This document shows positions 22,303-31,202 of a stretch of DNA of 32,000 nt, piece by piece. The number at the start of each line of letters is the position of its first letter. Position 1 is the stretch's first letter. A program made the translations under genes and the position numbers. The DNA is taken from assembly GCA_043808785.1 (NCBI GenBank), contig JAZDEL010000002.1, forward strand, positions 60,001 through 92,000. The letters run 5' to 3'. Source of the stretch: Candidatus Iainarchaeum sp. Lineage in GTDB: Archaea; Iainarchaeota; Iainarchaeia; Iainarchaeales; JAZDEL01. A model generated the notes under the pieces. It ran no database searches. It saw only the letters and a list, made by a program, of their open reading frames with translations, and was not told where the DNA came from.

Positions 22303-22860
22303 TTAACGTTTTCTGATAATTTTAGGGGCTATTTTTCTGATTAGATTTCGGCGATTTTGCTCATATTGCTTGAGTTTGTTTGCGTAACCCTCCCAAGGGT
22401 TTGCAGTTGGGTGGAAGCCACTCCACATAAGCGGCAAATATGAACCGCGCACGAAAACGTTTCCCTCCCCGAGTATTTCCTTAATTTTCATGTATGCGGG
22501 CTCGTTTATTCTCTTGTAGCACCCCTCTGCCGCACCGCCAAAAGACATAACCTTCACTTTTTCGCCTTTGCCCAGTTTTTTCTTTAGCAGGGAAATTTTC
22601 TCGGAAAACGCCTTGTCGTAACCGCCAAAGTCAGTAAATTCATTGTCAACTGGCCCCAGCGCAATTAGCCTCTTGAACCCGGCCAATTCTTTCGCAAGGG
22701 GCCCGAATAAACGCTTCATCAGGGAACCTTTTTTTGACGGGGCGTATACAGAAAAATAAATTACATACAGTTTCTCCTTCCCCCTACACTGCAATTTTAA
22801 AAATTTCTGCATCTCGCCAGCACTGGCATAATCCGGGTGTATTGCCAATATTAGCTTCAT
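22303..22860 (-). CDS. hypothetical protein, compositionally atypical (low GC)
   Basis: 185-aa ORF with no motif recognised. Hand-counted 60-nt lines give about 35-48% GC, against about 53-68% in neighbouring genes. Confidence 0.5.
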   Translation of the reverse strand: MKLILAIHPDYASAGEMQKFLKLQCRGKEKLYVIYFSVYAPSKKGSLMKRLFGPLAKELAGFKRLIALGPVDNEFTDFGGYDKAFSEKISLLKKKLGKGEKVKVMSFGGAAEGCYKRINEPAYMKIKEILGEGNVFVRGSYLPLMWSGFHPTANPWEGYANKLKQYEQNRRNLIRKIAPKIIRKR

Positions 22861-22965
22861 AAAGCAATCAGTAATGCGAACTTTATTTTAATGTAATTTG
22901 TTTATTGCGCCAAATTGAGGCAAACCATAGGTTATTTATTTGTTCAACGCCCTGATGTTGTTCTT

Positions 22966-25209
22966 ATGAAGTTGATAGTTGCCGAGAAGGCAATTGCAGG
23001 CAGGCGCATTTCGGCAATCCTCGCTGAACGGGAAGTGCCGCAGTCCTCTATTGAAGGGAGCCCCGCATTCGAATTCGAGCGCGCGGGAGAGGGCAATGTA
23101 ATGGTTCCTTTGCGCGGGCATATAATGGATGTCGAATTTCCAAGCATTTACCGCTACTGGCAGGGCACTGACCTTAAAAAACTCACAAAGGCCGAAGTGC
23201 TTTACATAGACACCGAGAAGCGCATAATTGCCGCGCTCAAAAAGGCGGCAAAGGGCGCGACAGAACTCATCGTGGCAACAGATGCCGACAGGGAGGGGGA
23301 AAGCATAGGCGCGGAGGCGATAAGGTTCGTAAAGGGCGTGAACCCGAAAATAAAAATAAGGCGCGCGTATTTTTCGGCAATAACCCCGAAGGACATCGAA
23401 GCCTCGTTCTCCGCCCTTGAGGAGGTTGATTACAACCTTGCCGATTCAGCAGACTGCAGGCGGGAAATAGACCTTATATGGGGCGCCGTGCTCACGCGCT
23501 TCCTCTCGCTTGTTAGCGGCCAGATGGGGAAAGAATTCCTGAGCGCGGGAAGGGTGCAGACGCCCGTGCTTGCGATAATTGTAGATAGGGAAAAGGAGCG
23601 CATGAAATTCATCTCAAAAAAATACTGGGTCCTCAATGCGATTTTTGAAAAGGACGGCCAGAGGTTCCTTGCGGAGCACAAGGAAGGCAGGTTCTGGGAG
23701 AAGGGGGAGGCGGACAAGGCTCTTGCAAGGCGCTCCGATAAGGGCAAAGTAGTTTCGGTAGAGCGCAAAAGGCGCATACTCAGCAGGCCGCTGCCTTTTA
23801 ACACCACAAGCTTCCTGCGCGCTGCAACACACCTTGGCTTCAGCGCAGGGCAGGCGATGAACGTCGCGGAATCCCTTTACCAGGCAGGCTACACCTCATA
23901 CCCGCGCACCGATAACACAGTTTACCCTAAGAACACGGACATGCAAGGCATACTGCAGGAGATTGCAAAAAATGCCGAGTTCGAGCCGCTTGTTAAAAAA
24001 ATACTCGCAAAGGGCGCCCTTGACCCTTCGCGCGGCAAGGCTACAAAGGACCACCCCCCCATACACCCAGTCAGTGCCGCACCCAAGCACAAGCTGGATG
24101 CGCGCTCGTGGAAAATTTACGAACTCATTGTAAGGCGCTTCCTCGCAACCCTCGCCGATGACGCGGAAACAGAGAACCTTGCGGTAACGATAGACCTGAA
24201 CAAGGAACCCTACATAGCGCGCGGCCAGCTGATAGTGAGGAAGGGCTGGAAGGAATTCTACCATTACTCGGAACTAAAGGAAGTGATACTGCCGAACCTC
24301 GAGCGCGGGGATACAGTGCTCCTTATCGACCTCGAAATGCTCGAGAAGGAAACTTTGCCCCCCGCGTCCTACTCCCAGGCAGCGCTCATAAAACTCATGG
24401 ATGAAAAGGGCATCGGCACAAAAAGCACGCGCCACGAAATAATCCAGAAACTTTACGCGCGCCATTATATTTCGGGCACAAAGGCGATTGTGCCGAACAA
24501 AATCGCGTTTTCGGTAATAGATGCGCTTGAAAAGTATGCCGCAAAGGTAACCGAACCCAAAATGACGGCAGAACTTGAGCAGGAAATGGACTCGATTGCC
24601 GCGGGGAAGAAAACAAAGGAACTTGTTGTCGAGGAATCGCGGGAAATGCTTTCATTAATCCTCGCGGAACTGCTCGAGCAGAAGGACAAAATAGGCGCGG
24701 AGTTGCGCTCCGCGGTAAGGGACGACGCAATCCTCGGCAAGTGCGACAAGTGTAACGAGGGGATGCTCAGGAAACTGAAAAGCAGGAACAACAAGTTTTT
24801 CCTCGCGTGCAACAAATACCCGAAATGCATGAACACCTATCCTTTGCCGCAGAAAGGCAGGATTATTCCCCTTGAGAAGCCCTGCCCCTCGTGCGGCAAG
24901 CCGATGATAAAGGTCGCGGGAGGGCGTTTCACCTATTCAATGTGCATAGACCCCGCATGCCCGTCAAAGGCGGACTGGGGAAAGAAGAAGGAAGAGCGCG
25001 AAGCGGAGAAGGCGAAAGCCGCCGCAGCAGCGTCCGGGCAGGCGGAGGCGGGGCACGCTGCTCCGGGAGCCGCGCAGGCGAAAGCCGGGCCAGCGCCCGC
25101 TGCAAAATCGGCGGCAAAAACCTTGCCGAAAGCCGCGCAGGCGGAACCTGCACCTTCCAAACCCGCAGTGCCGAAGAAAAGGGGCCGCCAGAAAGCCAAA
25201 CCTGCATAA
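22966..25209 (+). CDS. topA: DNA topoisomerase, type IA (archaeal TopA/Topo III-like) with two C-terminal zinc ribbons and a K/A/P-rich tail
   Basis: Toprim: MKLIVAEKAIAGRRIS and ATDADREGESIG. The catalytic Tyr motif is GYTSYPRTDN. The zinc ribbons are CDKCNEG...CNKYPKC and CPSCGKP...CIDPACPS. The ATG at 22966 is preferred to the track start at 22915. Confidence 0.92.
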   Translation: MKLIVAEKAIAGRRISAILAEREVPQSSIEGSPAFEFERAGEGNVMVPLRGHIMDVEFPSIYRYWQGTDLKKLTKAEVLYIDTEKRIIAALKKAAKGATELIVATDADREGESIGAEAIRFVKGVNPKIKIRRAYFSAITPKDIEASFSALEEVDYNLADSADCRREIDLIWGAVLTRFLSLVSGQMGKEFLSAGRVQTPVLAIIVDREKERMKFISKKYWVLNAIFEKDGQRFLAEHKEGRFWEKGEADKALARRSDKGKVVSVERKRRILSRPLPFNTTSFLRAATHLGFSAGQAMNVAESLYQAGYTSYPRTDNTVYPKNTDMQGILQEIAKNAEFEPLVKKILAKGALDPSRGKATKDHPPIHPVSAAPKHKLDARSWKIYELIVRRFLATLADDAETENLAVTIDLNKEPYIARGQLIVRKGWKEFYHYSELKEVILPNLERGDTVLLIDLEMLEKETLPPASYSQAALIKLMDEKGIGTKSTRHEIIQKLYARHYISGTKAIVPNKIAFSVIDALEKYAAKVTEPKMTAELEQEMDSIAAGKKTKELVVEESREMLSLILAELLEQKDKIGAELRSAVRDDAILGKCDKCNEGMLRKLKSRNNKFFLACNKYPKCMNTYPLPQKGRIIPLEKPCPSCGKPMIKVAGGRFTYSMCIDPACPSKADWGKKKEEREAEKAKAAAAASGQAEAGHAAPGAAQAKAGPAPAAKSAAKTLPKAAQAEPAPSKPAVPKKRGRQKAKPA

Positions 25210-25449
25210 GCGGCCGCAAAGGCGAAACTCAGGGCGCGTTTTTCAGGGAGTGGGGCCGAATATTTTCTTATGACAAATAGTCTGGTGAGCCCGGCCCCTT
25301 CCCCAAGTCTTCACTTCTTAGGATTGGATCCCCCATTATTTGCATATATATTACAGCCTAGCCTTTATTTAATAATTCAGATATTTTTGGTGTGCCAAAA
25401 GGGCACAATGTTTTTATTATGATGGCATGGCATAATATTTGGGATTGGG

Positions 25450-25989
25450 TTGGCATCCGCAATAAAGCTTGACGACGAGATACGCCTCAACATACTTGAC
25501 GCGCTCCTGAAGAAGAACTCTGTCGTGCCCAGCATAAAGCAGATAAAGAAGCGCACAGGCTACCACAAGGCCACGATAAAGTCGTCCCTTGATTTCCTCG
25601 GGGAGCAGGGCGTTCTCGAGGGTTTCGGCCCGAAATTCAACTTCCGCGGCCTCGGGCAGGGGCTCGAGGTTTTCACGCTTTTCGAGGCAGACCTCTCTGA
25701 CAAGGCTGCCGTTAAAAAGGTCCTCGCCGCAATAGAAAAGGACCCCAACCTCTACAGGCTTTCAGCAATAATCGGCGCGGGCAACTGGAACATGGTTGCG
25801 CACCACATATACGGGGATGTGGAGAGCTACCACGCAGGCATAAGCAGGAAATACTACGAAGCCGTGCCCGAAATATACAAGGTCATACGCAACAGGCAGA
25901 TATTTTACCTTGCGGAGCCGATGTACAAAAACGTTTCGCGCACAAAATCCGTTATTGAGATAATAAGGCGGCAGAAGGGCATGGTTTAA
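25450..25989 (+). CDS. winged-HTH transcriptional regulator with Lrp/RAM-like C-terminal half (family uncertain)
   Basis: The N-terminal segment is IRLNILDALLKKNSVVPSIKQIKKRTGYHKATIKSSLDFLGEQGVL. The start is TTG, with no nearby in-frame ATG. Confidence 0.55.
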   Translation: MASAIKLDDEIRLNILDALLKKNSVVPSIKQIKKRTGYHKATIKSSLDFLGEQGVLEGFGPKFNFRGLGQGLEVFTLFEADLSDKAAVKKVLAAIEKDPNLYRLSAIIGAGNWNMVAHHIYGDVESYHAGISRKYYEAVPEIYKVIRNRQIFYLAEPMYKNVSRTKSVIEIIRRQKGMV

Positions 25990-26001
25990 GGGTCGGTTTG
26001 C

Positions 26002-26808
26002 ATGAAAGTCAAGATTTCCCTCGCGAAAACCCTGCAGGAAAATGCCGCCGCATACTTCGACGCAGCTAAAAAGGCGCGCAGGAAACTCACAGGGCTCGAG
26101 GCAGCGATTTCGGAAGCCGAAAAGAAGGTTGCGGAGGGCACCGAGAATGCGCGGTCGCGGCAGGAAAAGGTGCACGCAAAAAAAAGGAAGCGCGAATGGT
26201 ACGAGAAATTCCGCTGGTTTTTCACAAGCACCGGAATGCTTGTTATCGCGGGCAGGGACGCGAAAAGCAACGAGGAGGCAGTGAAAAAGCAAATGTCGCA
26301 GGAGGACCTTTACTTCCACGCTGATGTGCACGGCGCGCCTCACACGATTTTGAAAACGGACGGAAAGGAAATAACCCCCGAAACAAAGCGCGAGGCGGCG
26401 CAGTTCGCAGCCTCGTTCTCAAGCGCGTGGAAAAGCGGAGTCCCTTTTGCGGACGTTTACTGCGTGAAGCCCGAGCAGGTTTCCAAAAGCGCGCCGAGCG
26501 GGGAGAGCATGGGCACAGGCGCAATGATGATTTACGGGGAAAGGGAGTGGTTCAGGAAAACGAAGCTCGAGCTTGCAATAGGGCTCCCGGACAAGGGCAG
26601 CTCCGCTGTTGTGATTTCAGGCCCTCCCCCGGCGATAAAAAAGCAAACAAAAATTTTCGTTCTGGTTAGGCAGGGTTCCGAGTCAAAGGGAGTTATTGCC
26701 AAGAAGATAAAGAAAATACTGGAGCACGCCTCAGGGGAGGGCGCTCTTGCGGACATCGACGAAATAATCTCCATGCTCCCCGCGGGAGAATTCGGAATTG
26801 CGAAATAA
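26002..26808 (+). CDS. NFACT-R (DUF814) domain protein, short Rqc2/NEMF/FbpA-related form lacking the NFACT-N domain
   Basis: A coiled-coil N-terminus is followed by WYEKFRWFFTSTGMLVIAGRDAKSNEEAVKKQMSQEDLYFHADVHGAPHTILK, the characteristic DUF814 core. Confidence 0.8.
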   Translation: MKVKISLAKTLQENAAAYFDAAKKARRKLTGLEAAISEAEKKVAEGTENARSRQEKVHAKKRKREWYEKFRWFFTSTGMLVIAGRDAKSNEEAVKKQMSQEDLYFHADVHGAPHTILKTDGKEITPETKREAAQFAASFSSAWKSGVPFADVYCVKPEQVSKSAPSGESMGTGAMMIYGEREWFRKTKLELAIGLPDKGSSAVVISGPPPAIKKQTKIFVLVRQGSESKGVIAKKIKKILEHASGEGALADIDEIISMLPAGEFGIAK

Positions 26809-26883
26809 CGGCATTCCGCAGGCAGGTTCGGAATTGCGAAATAAGAAACCTTATTATTCCCTACCAGCCAATTAGTTTACGGT

Positions 26884-29076
26884 GTGAATTTGGCCGGCGA
26901 AAGGAGGAAGGAAGCGATACTCCGCGTGCAGGACCCTGATCCAAGCCACGTGGGCAGGAACATAATAACCCTCGACAGGCAGACAAAGGAAGCGCTTGAT
27001 GTAACCTCGGGGGACATTGTCGAAATAGAGGGCGCAAAGAAAACCGCAGCGGTTATCTGGCCCGCGCGCACCGAGGACGAGGGCAAGGGCATTGTGCGCA
27101 TGGACAACCTCATAAGGCACAACTGCGGCGTCGGGCTCGGCGAAAAGGTAACCGTGCGCAGGGCTGAATACACCGACGCAAAGAAGATTGTCCTTGCCCC
27201 TACGCAGGAAGTGCGCATAATCGCAAGCGGCTACGACCGCATACTGAAAAAGAACTTCATCGGCAGGCCTATGGCAAAGGGCGACAGCGTCTGGATTTCG
27301 GTTTTCGGCTCGGGCTTTGTTTATTCGGTTGTAGAAACCCAGCCGCGCGGCGTTGTGAAGGTAACCGATTTAACGCAATTAATCCTTCGCGAGGAGCCCG
27401 TGAAAGAGGAACTTGCGGGAATACAAAAAGTTTCGTATGATAACATAGGCGGTCTTGAGGAAGCAATACCAAAAGTCAAAGAACTTATTGAATTGCCTAT
27501 GCGTCATCCTGAGCTTTTCCGCAAACTCGGCATTAATCCGCCAAAGGGCGTGCTCCTGCACGGCCCGCCTGGAACAGGAAAAACCCTGCTCGCAAAAGCC
27601 GTGGCAAACGAAACACAGGCGCACTTCATAAACGTGAACAGTCCGGGCATAATGTCAAGGTATGTTGGGGCAGCGGAAGAGAACATACTGAATTATTTCA
27701 AAGAAGCCAAAAAGAACGCGCCGAGCATAATTTTCTTCGACGAAATCGACAGCATCGCCCCGAAGCGCGACGAATTTGTGGGGGAGGTTGAGAGGCGTGT
27801 TGTTGCTCAGCTTCTCTCGGCAATGGATGGCATGGAAGCGAGGGGTGACATCGTTGTTATTGCGGCAACTAACCGAATTAATTCCCTGGATGAGGCCTTG
27901 CGCAGGCCTGGTAGGTTTGACCGCGAAATTGAAATTGGCGTGCCCGACAGGAACGGCAGGATGAAAATACTGCAGATACATACGCGCGACATGCCACTTG
28001 CCAAAGACGTTAATCTCGAGCATTATGCCAACATCACGCACGGCTTTGTAGGTGCTGACCTGGAGGTGCTTGCAAAGGAATCGGCAATGAAGGCACTGCG
28101 CAGGTATCTTCCAAAAATAAGCCTCGAGGATGAAAACATTCCCGCCGAGATTCTTGAAAAAATGGAGGTTAATAAAGATGATTTCGATAATGCCCTGAAG
28201 GACATACAGCCTTCCGCCCTCCGCGAGGTTGCGGTTGAAATCCCGAATGTCAAATGGGATGATGTTGGCGGGCTTGAGGAGGTAAAGCGCGAGCTTAAGG
28301 AGGTTGTAGAATGGCCACTTAAGCACCCAGATTCCTTTAAAAAAATGGGCATCAGGCCCCCACGGGGCATACTTCTTTATGGGCCGCCGGGGGTGGGAAA
28401 AACACTTCTTGGAAAAGCGATCGGCACCGAGAGCGGGGAGAACTTCATTTCCGTAAAATGTCCGCAATTAGTTTCAATGTGGCTTGGTGAGAGCGAGAAG
28501 GGCATAAGAAACATTTTCAAGCGCGCACGCCAGGTAAGTCCCGTAATTGTTTTCTTCGACGAAATTGACAGCATTGCTTCAATGCGGGGCGGAAGTTTTG
28601 ACTCGGGTGGCACAAGAGATAAAATAGTGAACCAATTGTTGACGGAACTCGATGGCATTGAATCGCTTAAGGACGTCATTTTCATTGCGGCAACCAACCG
28701 CCCCGACCTTATAGACCCAGGCCTCCTGCGCTCGGGCAGAATTGACAAAATCATAAAGGTTCCCGCACCTGATGAAAAGTCACGCCTCTCAATTCTCAAG
28801 ATCCACACAAAGGGCGTGCCCCTTGCAAAGGAAATTTCCCTCGACGCCCTTGCAAAGAAAACCGATGGCTACAGTGGTGCGGATTTGGAGGGGGTTGTGA
28901 GGGAGGCGGCGCTCATTAGCCTTGAGGAAAATAAAATGAAAGCATTACCCCTCAACAAAAAACACTTTGACGAGGCAATGCAGAAAATACTGCCCACCCT
29001 TTCAAAAGGGGCAAACGACGCCTACGAGGAATTCAGGAAGCAGCACGGGACTGTGAAACTGAGTTACGTCGGCTGA
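26884..29076 (+). CDS. cdc48: Cdc48/VCP-like AAA+ ATPase (N domain + D1 + D2)
   Basis: The N domain is [27 protein letters not shown]...[22 protein letters not shown]. Two Walker A motifs are [15 protein letters not shown] and [15 protein letters not shown]. Two Walker B motifs are IIFFDEIDS and [10 protein letters not shown]. The start codon is GTG. Confidence 0.95.
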   Translation: MNLAGERRKEAILRVQDPDPSHVGRNIITLDRQTKEALDVTSGDIVEIEGAKKTAAVIWPARTEDEGKGIVRMDNLIRHNCGVGLGEKVTVRRAEYTDAKKIVLAPTQEVRIIASGYDRILKKNFIGRPMAKGDSVWISVFGSGFVYSVVETQPRGVVKVTDLTQLILREEPVKEELAGIQKVSYDNIGGLEEAIPKVKELIELPMRHPELFRKLGINPPKGVLLHGPPGTGKTLLAKAVANETQAHFINVNSPGIMSRYVGAAEENILNYFKEAKKNAPSIIFFDEIDSIAPKRDEFVGEVERRVVAQLLSAMDGMEARGDIVVIAATNRINSLDEALRRPGRFDREIEIGVPDRNGRMKILQIHTRDMPLAKDVNLEHYANITHGFVGADLEVLAKESAMKALRRYLPKISLEDENIPAEILEKMEVNKDDFDNALKDIQPSALREVAVEIPNVKWDDVGGLEEVKRELKEVVEWPLKHPDSFKKMGIRPPRGILLYGPPGVGKTLLGKAIGTESGENFISVKCPQLVSMWLGESEKGIRNIFKRARQVSPVIVFFDEIDSIASMRGGSFDSGGTRDKIVNQLLTELDGIESLKDVIFIAATNRPDLIDPGLLRSGRIDKIIKVPAPDEKSRLSILKIHTKGVPLAKEISLDALAKKTDGYSGADLEGVVREAALISLEENKMKALPLNKKHFDEAMQKILPTLSKGANDAYEEFRKQHGTVKLSYVG

Positions 29077-29103
29077 CTGCGGAAGCGCTGCAGGCGCCAC
29101 GCC

Positions 29104-29424
29104 TTACTCGAACACTTCCCTCTTCAGTATTATCTTGTTCGTCAGCCCGTAGCCGTGCTTCTCAAGCACGCCCTTTGCCTCAAGCCTTTTCACTGCCCTG
29201 TGCACCTGCACCTTGCCTAAGCCGGTTTCCTTTGCAAGTTTGGCCTGCGTCATTTCATAGTTTGCGCCCTTAAGCGCATCTATCACCTTCCTTTCATCGG
29301 GCAGCAGCAGGTTGTTTGCCGTTTCAAGCTTTATCTGCTTTATTTCCTTCTCCCTTATAAGGCTCCATATAGCAAACCCCGCAAATATCGAAACAAGCCC
29401 GCCGATAAGCCAGTAAAGCGACAC
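29104..29424 (-). CDS. membrane-anchored winged-HTH (MarR/TrmB-like) putative transcriptional regulator
   Basis: From GTG 29424 the protein reads MSLYWLIGGLVSIFAGFAIWSLIREKE..., a single TM helix. This is followed by LPDERKVIDALKGANYEMTQAKLAKETGLGKVQVHRAVKRLEAKGVLEK. The 206-aa track ORF (to 29724) extends antisense into the FtsX gene and is not credible upstream of the TM helix. Confidence 0.6.
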   Translation of the reverse strand: MSLYWLIGGLVSIFAGFAIWSLIREKEIKQIKLETANNLLLPDERKVIDALKGANYEMTQAKLAKETGLGKVQVHRAVKRLEAKGVLEKHGYGLTNKIILKREVFE

Positions 29425-29497
29425 TGGGGAGAGCAGAAGTGCGAGAGGCTCGGGGCGCGGGAAACTTGTTTTCCTTGCTGAGACAAGTTCGGTTTCC

Positions 29498-30391
29498 GTG
29501 CAGGGCGTCGACCCCAATGCATGGAAGGAAACATCCAACCTTACCCTTGCCTCGGGAAGGTTCCTGACGCCCAGCGATGCGGGCGGAATTGTCATAGGCG
29601 ACAGGATTGCGAACAGCATGTTCAAGCAGCCGATTACCCTCGGCAGGCGCATAACGATACAGAGCAGCGACGGCACCGAAGCAAGGCCGTTTGTTGTTGT
29701 GGGAATACTTGCGGCATCCGGCACAGGCGGCTTAGGCGGCGGGGGAGGGGATTCGACGGTTTACCTGACACAGGACAGCGCGTGGCAGATAACCGACGTT
29801 AATGCAGGGGAGTTTTCATCCATACAGGCAAAGGCAATCGGTGCAGAAGCAGTCGAGGAAACGACAACACAGCTGACCGAGGCGCTCCTAATTTCCAGGA
29901 GGGTTACCGCGCAGAACCAGGACTTCACAATAACCTCCGCCCAGGCAATGCAGGCGCAGGTAAGCAGCGTAACCGATACCCTGACGCTGTTCCTCGGCGC
30001 AATCGCCGCCGTCTCCCTTGTTGTCGGCGCAATAGGCGTTGCGAACAGCATGTTCACATCCGTGCTTGAGAAAACCCGGGAAATAGGGATACTGAAAGCG
30101 CTGGGCTCCACAAACCGCGAAATCCTCGCGCTGTTCATAATCGAGTCGGGCATGTTCGGCCTTATCGGCGGCATTATCGGAGTTGCACTTGGCGCGCTTG
30201 TTTCATTCGGCCTCGGTTCTCTGGGGATAATTTCCCTGCCGATGGTGCGCGGCGGCTCCTCAACGCTTGTTACGCCGCAGCTCGTCATAGTTGCAGTCCT
30301 GCTGTCCACTGTGATAGGCATAGTTGCGGGCGTGCTTCCCGCAAGGGTTGCAGCAAAGCTTAACCCTGTGGATGCGCTGCGTTACGAGTAG
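29498..30391 (+). pseudogene. FtsX/MacB-type ABC transporter permease lacking its N-terminal TM helix and the first part of the extracytoplasmic domain (possible gene remnant)
   Basis: The FtsX core is REIGILKALGSTNREILALFIIESGMFGLIGGIIGVALG, with 3 C-terminal TM helices. The ORF can open only after the in-frame TAA at 29414-29416. No upstream plus-strand ORF and no ABC ATPase gene are nearby. Confidence 0.55.
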
Positions 30392-30416
30392 GGCGCTTGA
30401 GGCATGCAGGCTTGCG

Positions 30417-31076
30417 CTAAGCCGCTACGCCAAAAAACGCAAGAATTGCCCTGAAAAAGAAAACCCCTATTCCTGCCGTTGCAAACATCACGCCCCATAT
30501 CCAGGGCTCCCAGAGCATCACCTTCTTGCCGTCAAGCGGGCCGACAGGCAGGAGATTAAATAGCGCGAGGAAGAAATTTATCTGCGCAATGAACATGAAA
30601 ATTGTGCCAAGCGTCTGGTTCCATGAAAACAGCACCGTGAGCAGCATGAAAACGAAGGCCACAACGATGTTTGTCGCCGGCCCCGCTGCTGAAATAATCC
30701 CGTTCTGCCTCCTCGTTATGTGCGGCCCGTATATGTAAACCGCCCCGGGCGCGGCAAAAAGGAAGCCGAAAAATGCGGAAACAAGCGCGAACATCAGCCC
30801 GAGGCTCCACGCCCTGTATTCGGCGTGCGCCTTGAACATCCTCGCAACCTGCCTGTGCGCAAGCTCGTGGAAAACGAAGCCCGTGCCGACGGCAATAAGC
30901 GATACCGGGAGCAGCACGATAGTTGACGCGATGTTGAACAGCCCGTCCCCGAACAGGAACGAGAATGCGATGCTTATCGTGAGCCAACTAACTATCAAAT
31001 CTACTTTTTCATTTTTTCCGAGCAGTGGCATTCCATCACGCACAAATCCTGATGCAAAAACCATAAAAACAAGCAA
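30417..31076 (-). CDS. M50-family (site-2 protease-like) intramembrane zinc metalloprotease
   Basis: HExxH is present in FVFHELAHRQVAR, and the second motif is NLLPVGPLDG. The protein is polytopic. Confidence 0.85.
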   Translation of the reverse strand: MLVFMVFASGFVRDGMPLLGKNEKVDLIVSWLTISIAFSFLFGDGLFNIASTIVLLPVSLIAVGTGFVFHELAHRQVARMFKAHAEYRAWSLGLMFALVSAFFGFLFAAPGAVYIYGPHITRRQNGIISAAGPATNIVVAFVFMLLTVLFSWNQTLGTIFMFIAQINFFLALFNLLPVGPLDGKKVMLWEPWIWGVMFATAGIGVFFFRAILAFFGVAA

Positions 31077-31202
31077 CCCTTGTCGCGGGTTTGCAAAAAT
31101 GCCGCAAAAATGCCCGCGAAGCGCAAAAAAACGCCCTGCGCATTACTTCGTCAATCAACGAAATATTTAACTAACCCTGCGAACAGGTTATTTTTGGTTT
31201 TT

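Noticed and set aside
25210-25449. 240-bp AT-rich gap after topA, examined for a tRNA, box C/D sRNA, small ORF or replication-origin (ORB) elements. It contains a 7-bp inverted repeat GGGGCCG...CGGCCCC (25251-25299) and a small hairpin GTGCC-AAAAG-GGCAC.
   Set aside because: No cloverleaf or T-loop (GTTCRAATC) could be drawn. There is no UGAUGA/CUGA box pair, no ORB-like repeats and no orc1/cdc6 gene nearby. It most simply holds the topA terminator (GGGCGCGTTTTT) and the promoter of the 25450 regulator.
29050-29076. Looked for a C-terminal HbYX proteasome-docking motif on Cdc48.
   Set aside because: The C-terminus is ...KLSYVG. The Tyr is third from the end rather than penultimate, so the motif is not met.
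29425-29724. N-terminal 100 aa of the 206-aa track ORF 29104..29724 (-).
   Set aside because: This part is antisense to the well-supported FtsX permease domain and is not protein-like. A GTG at 29424 gives a sensible TM-plus-wHTH protein.
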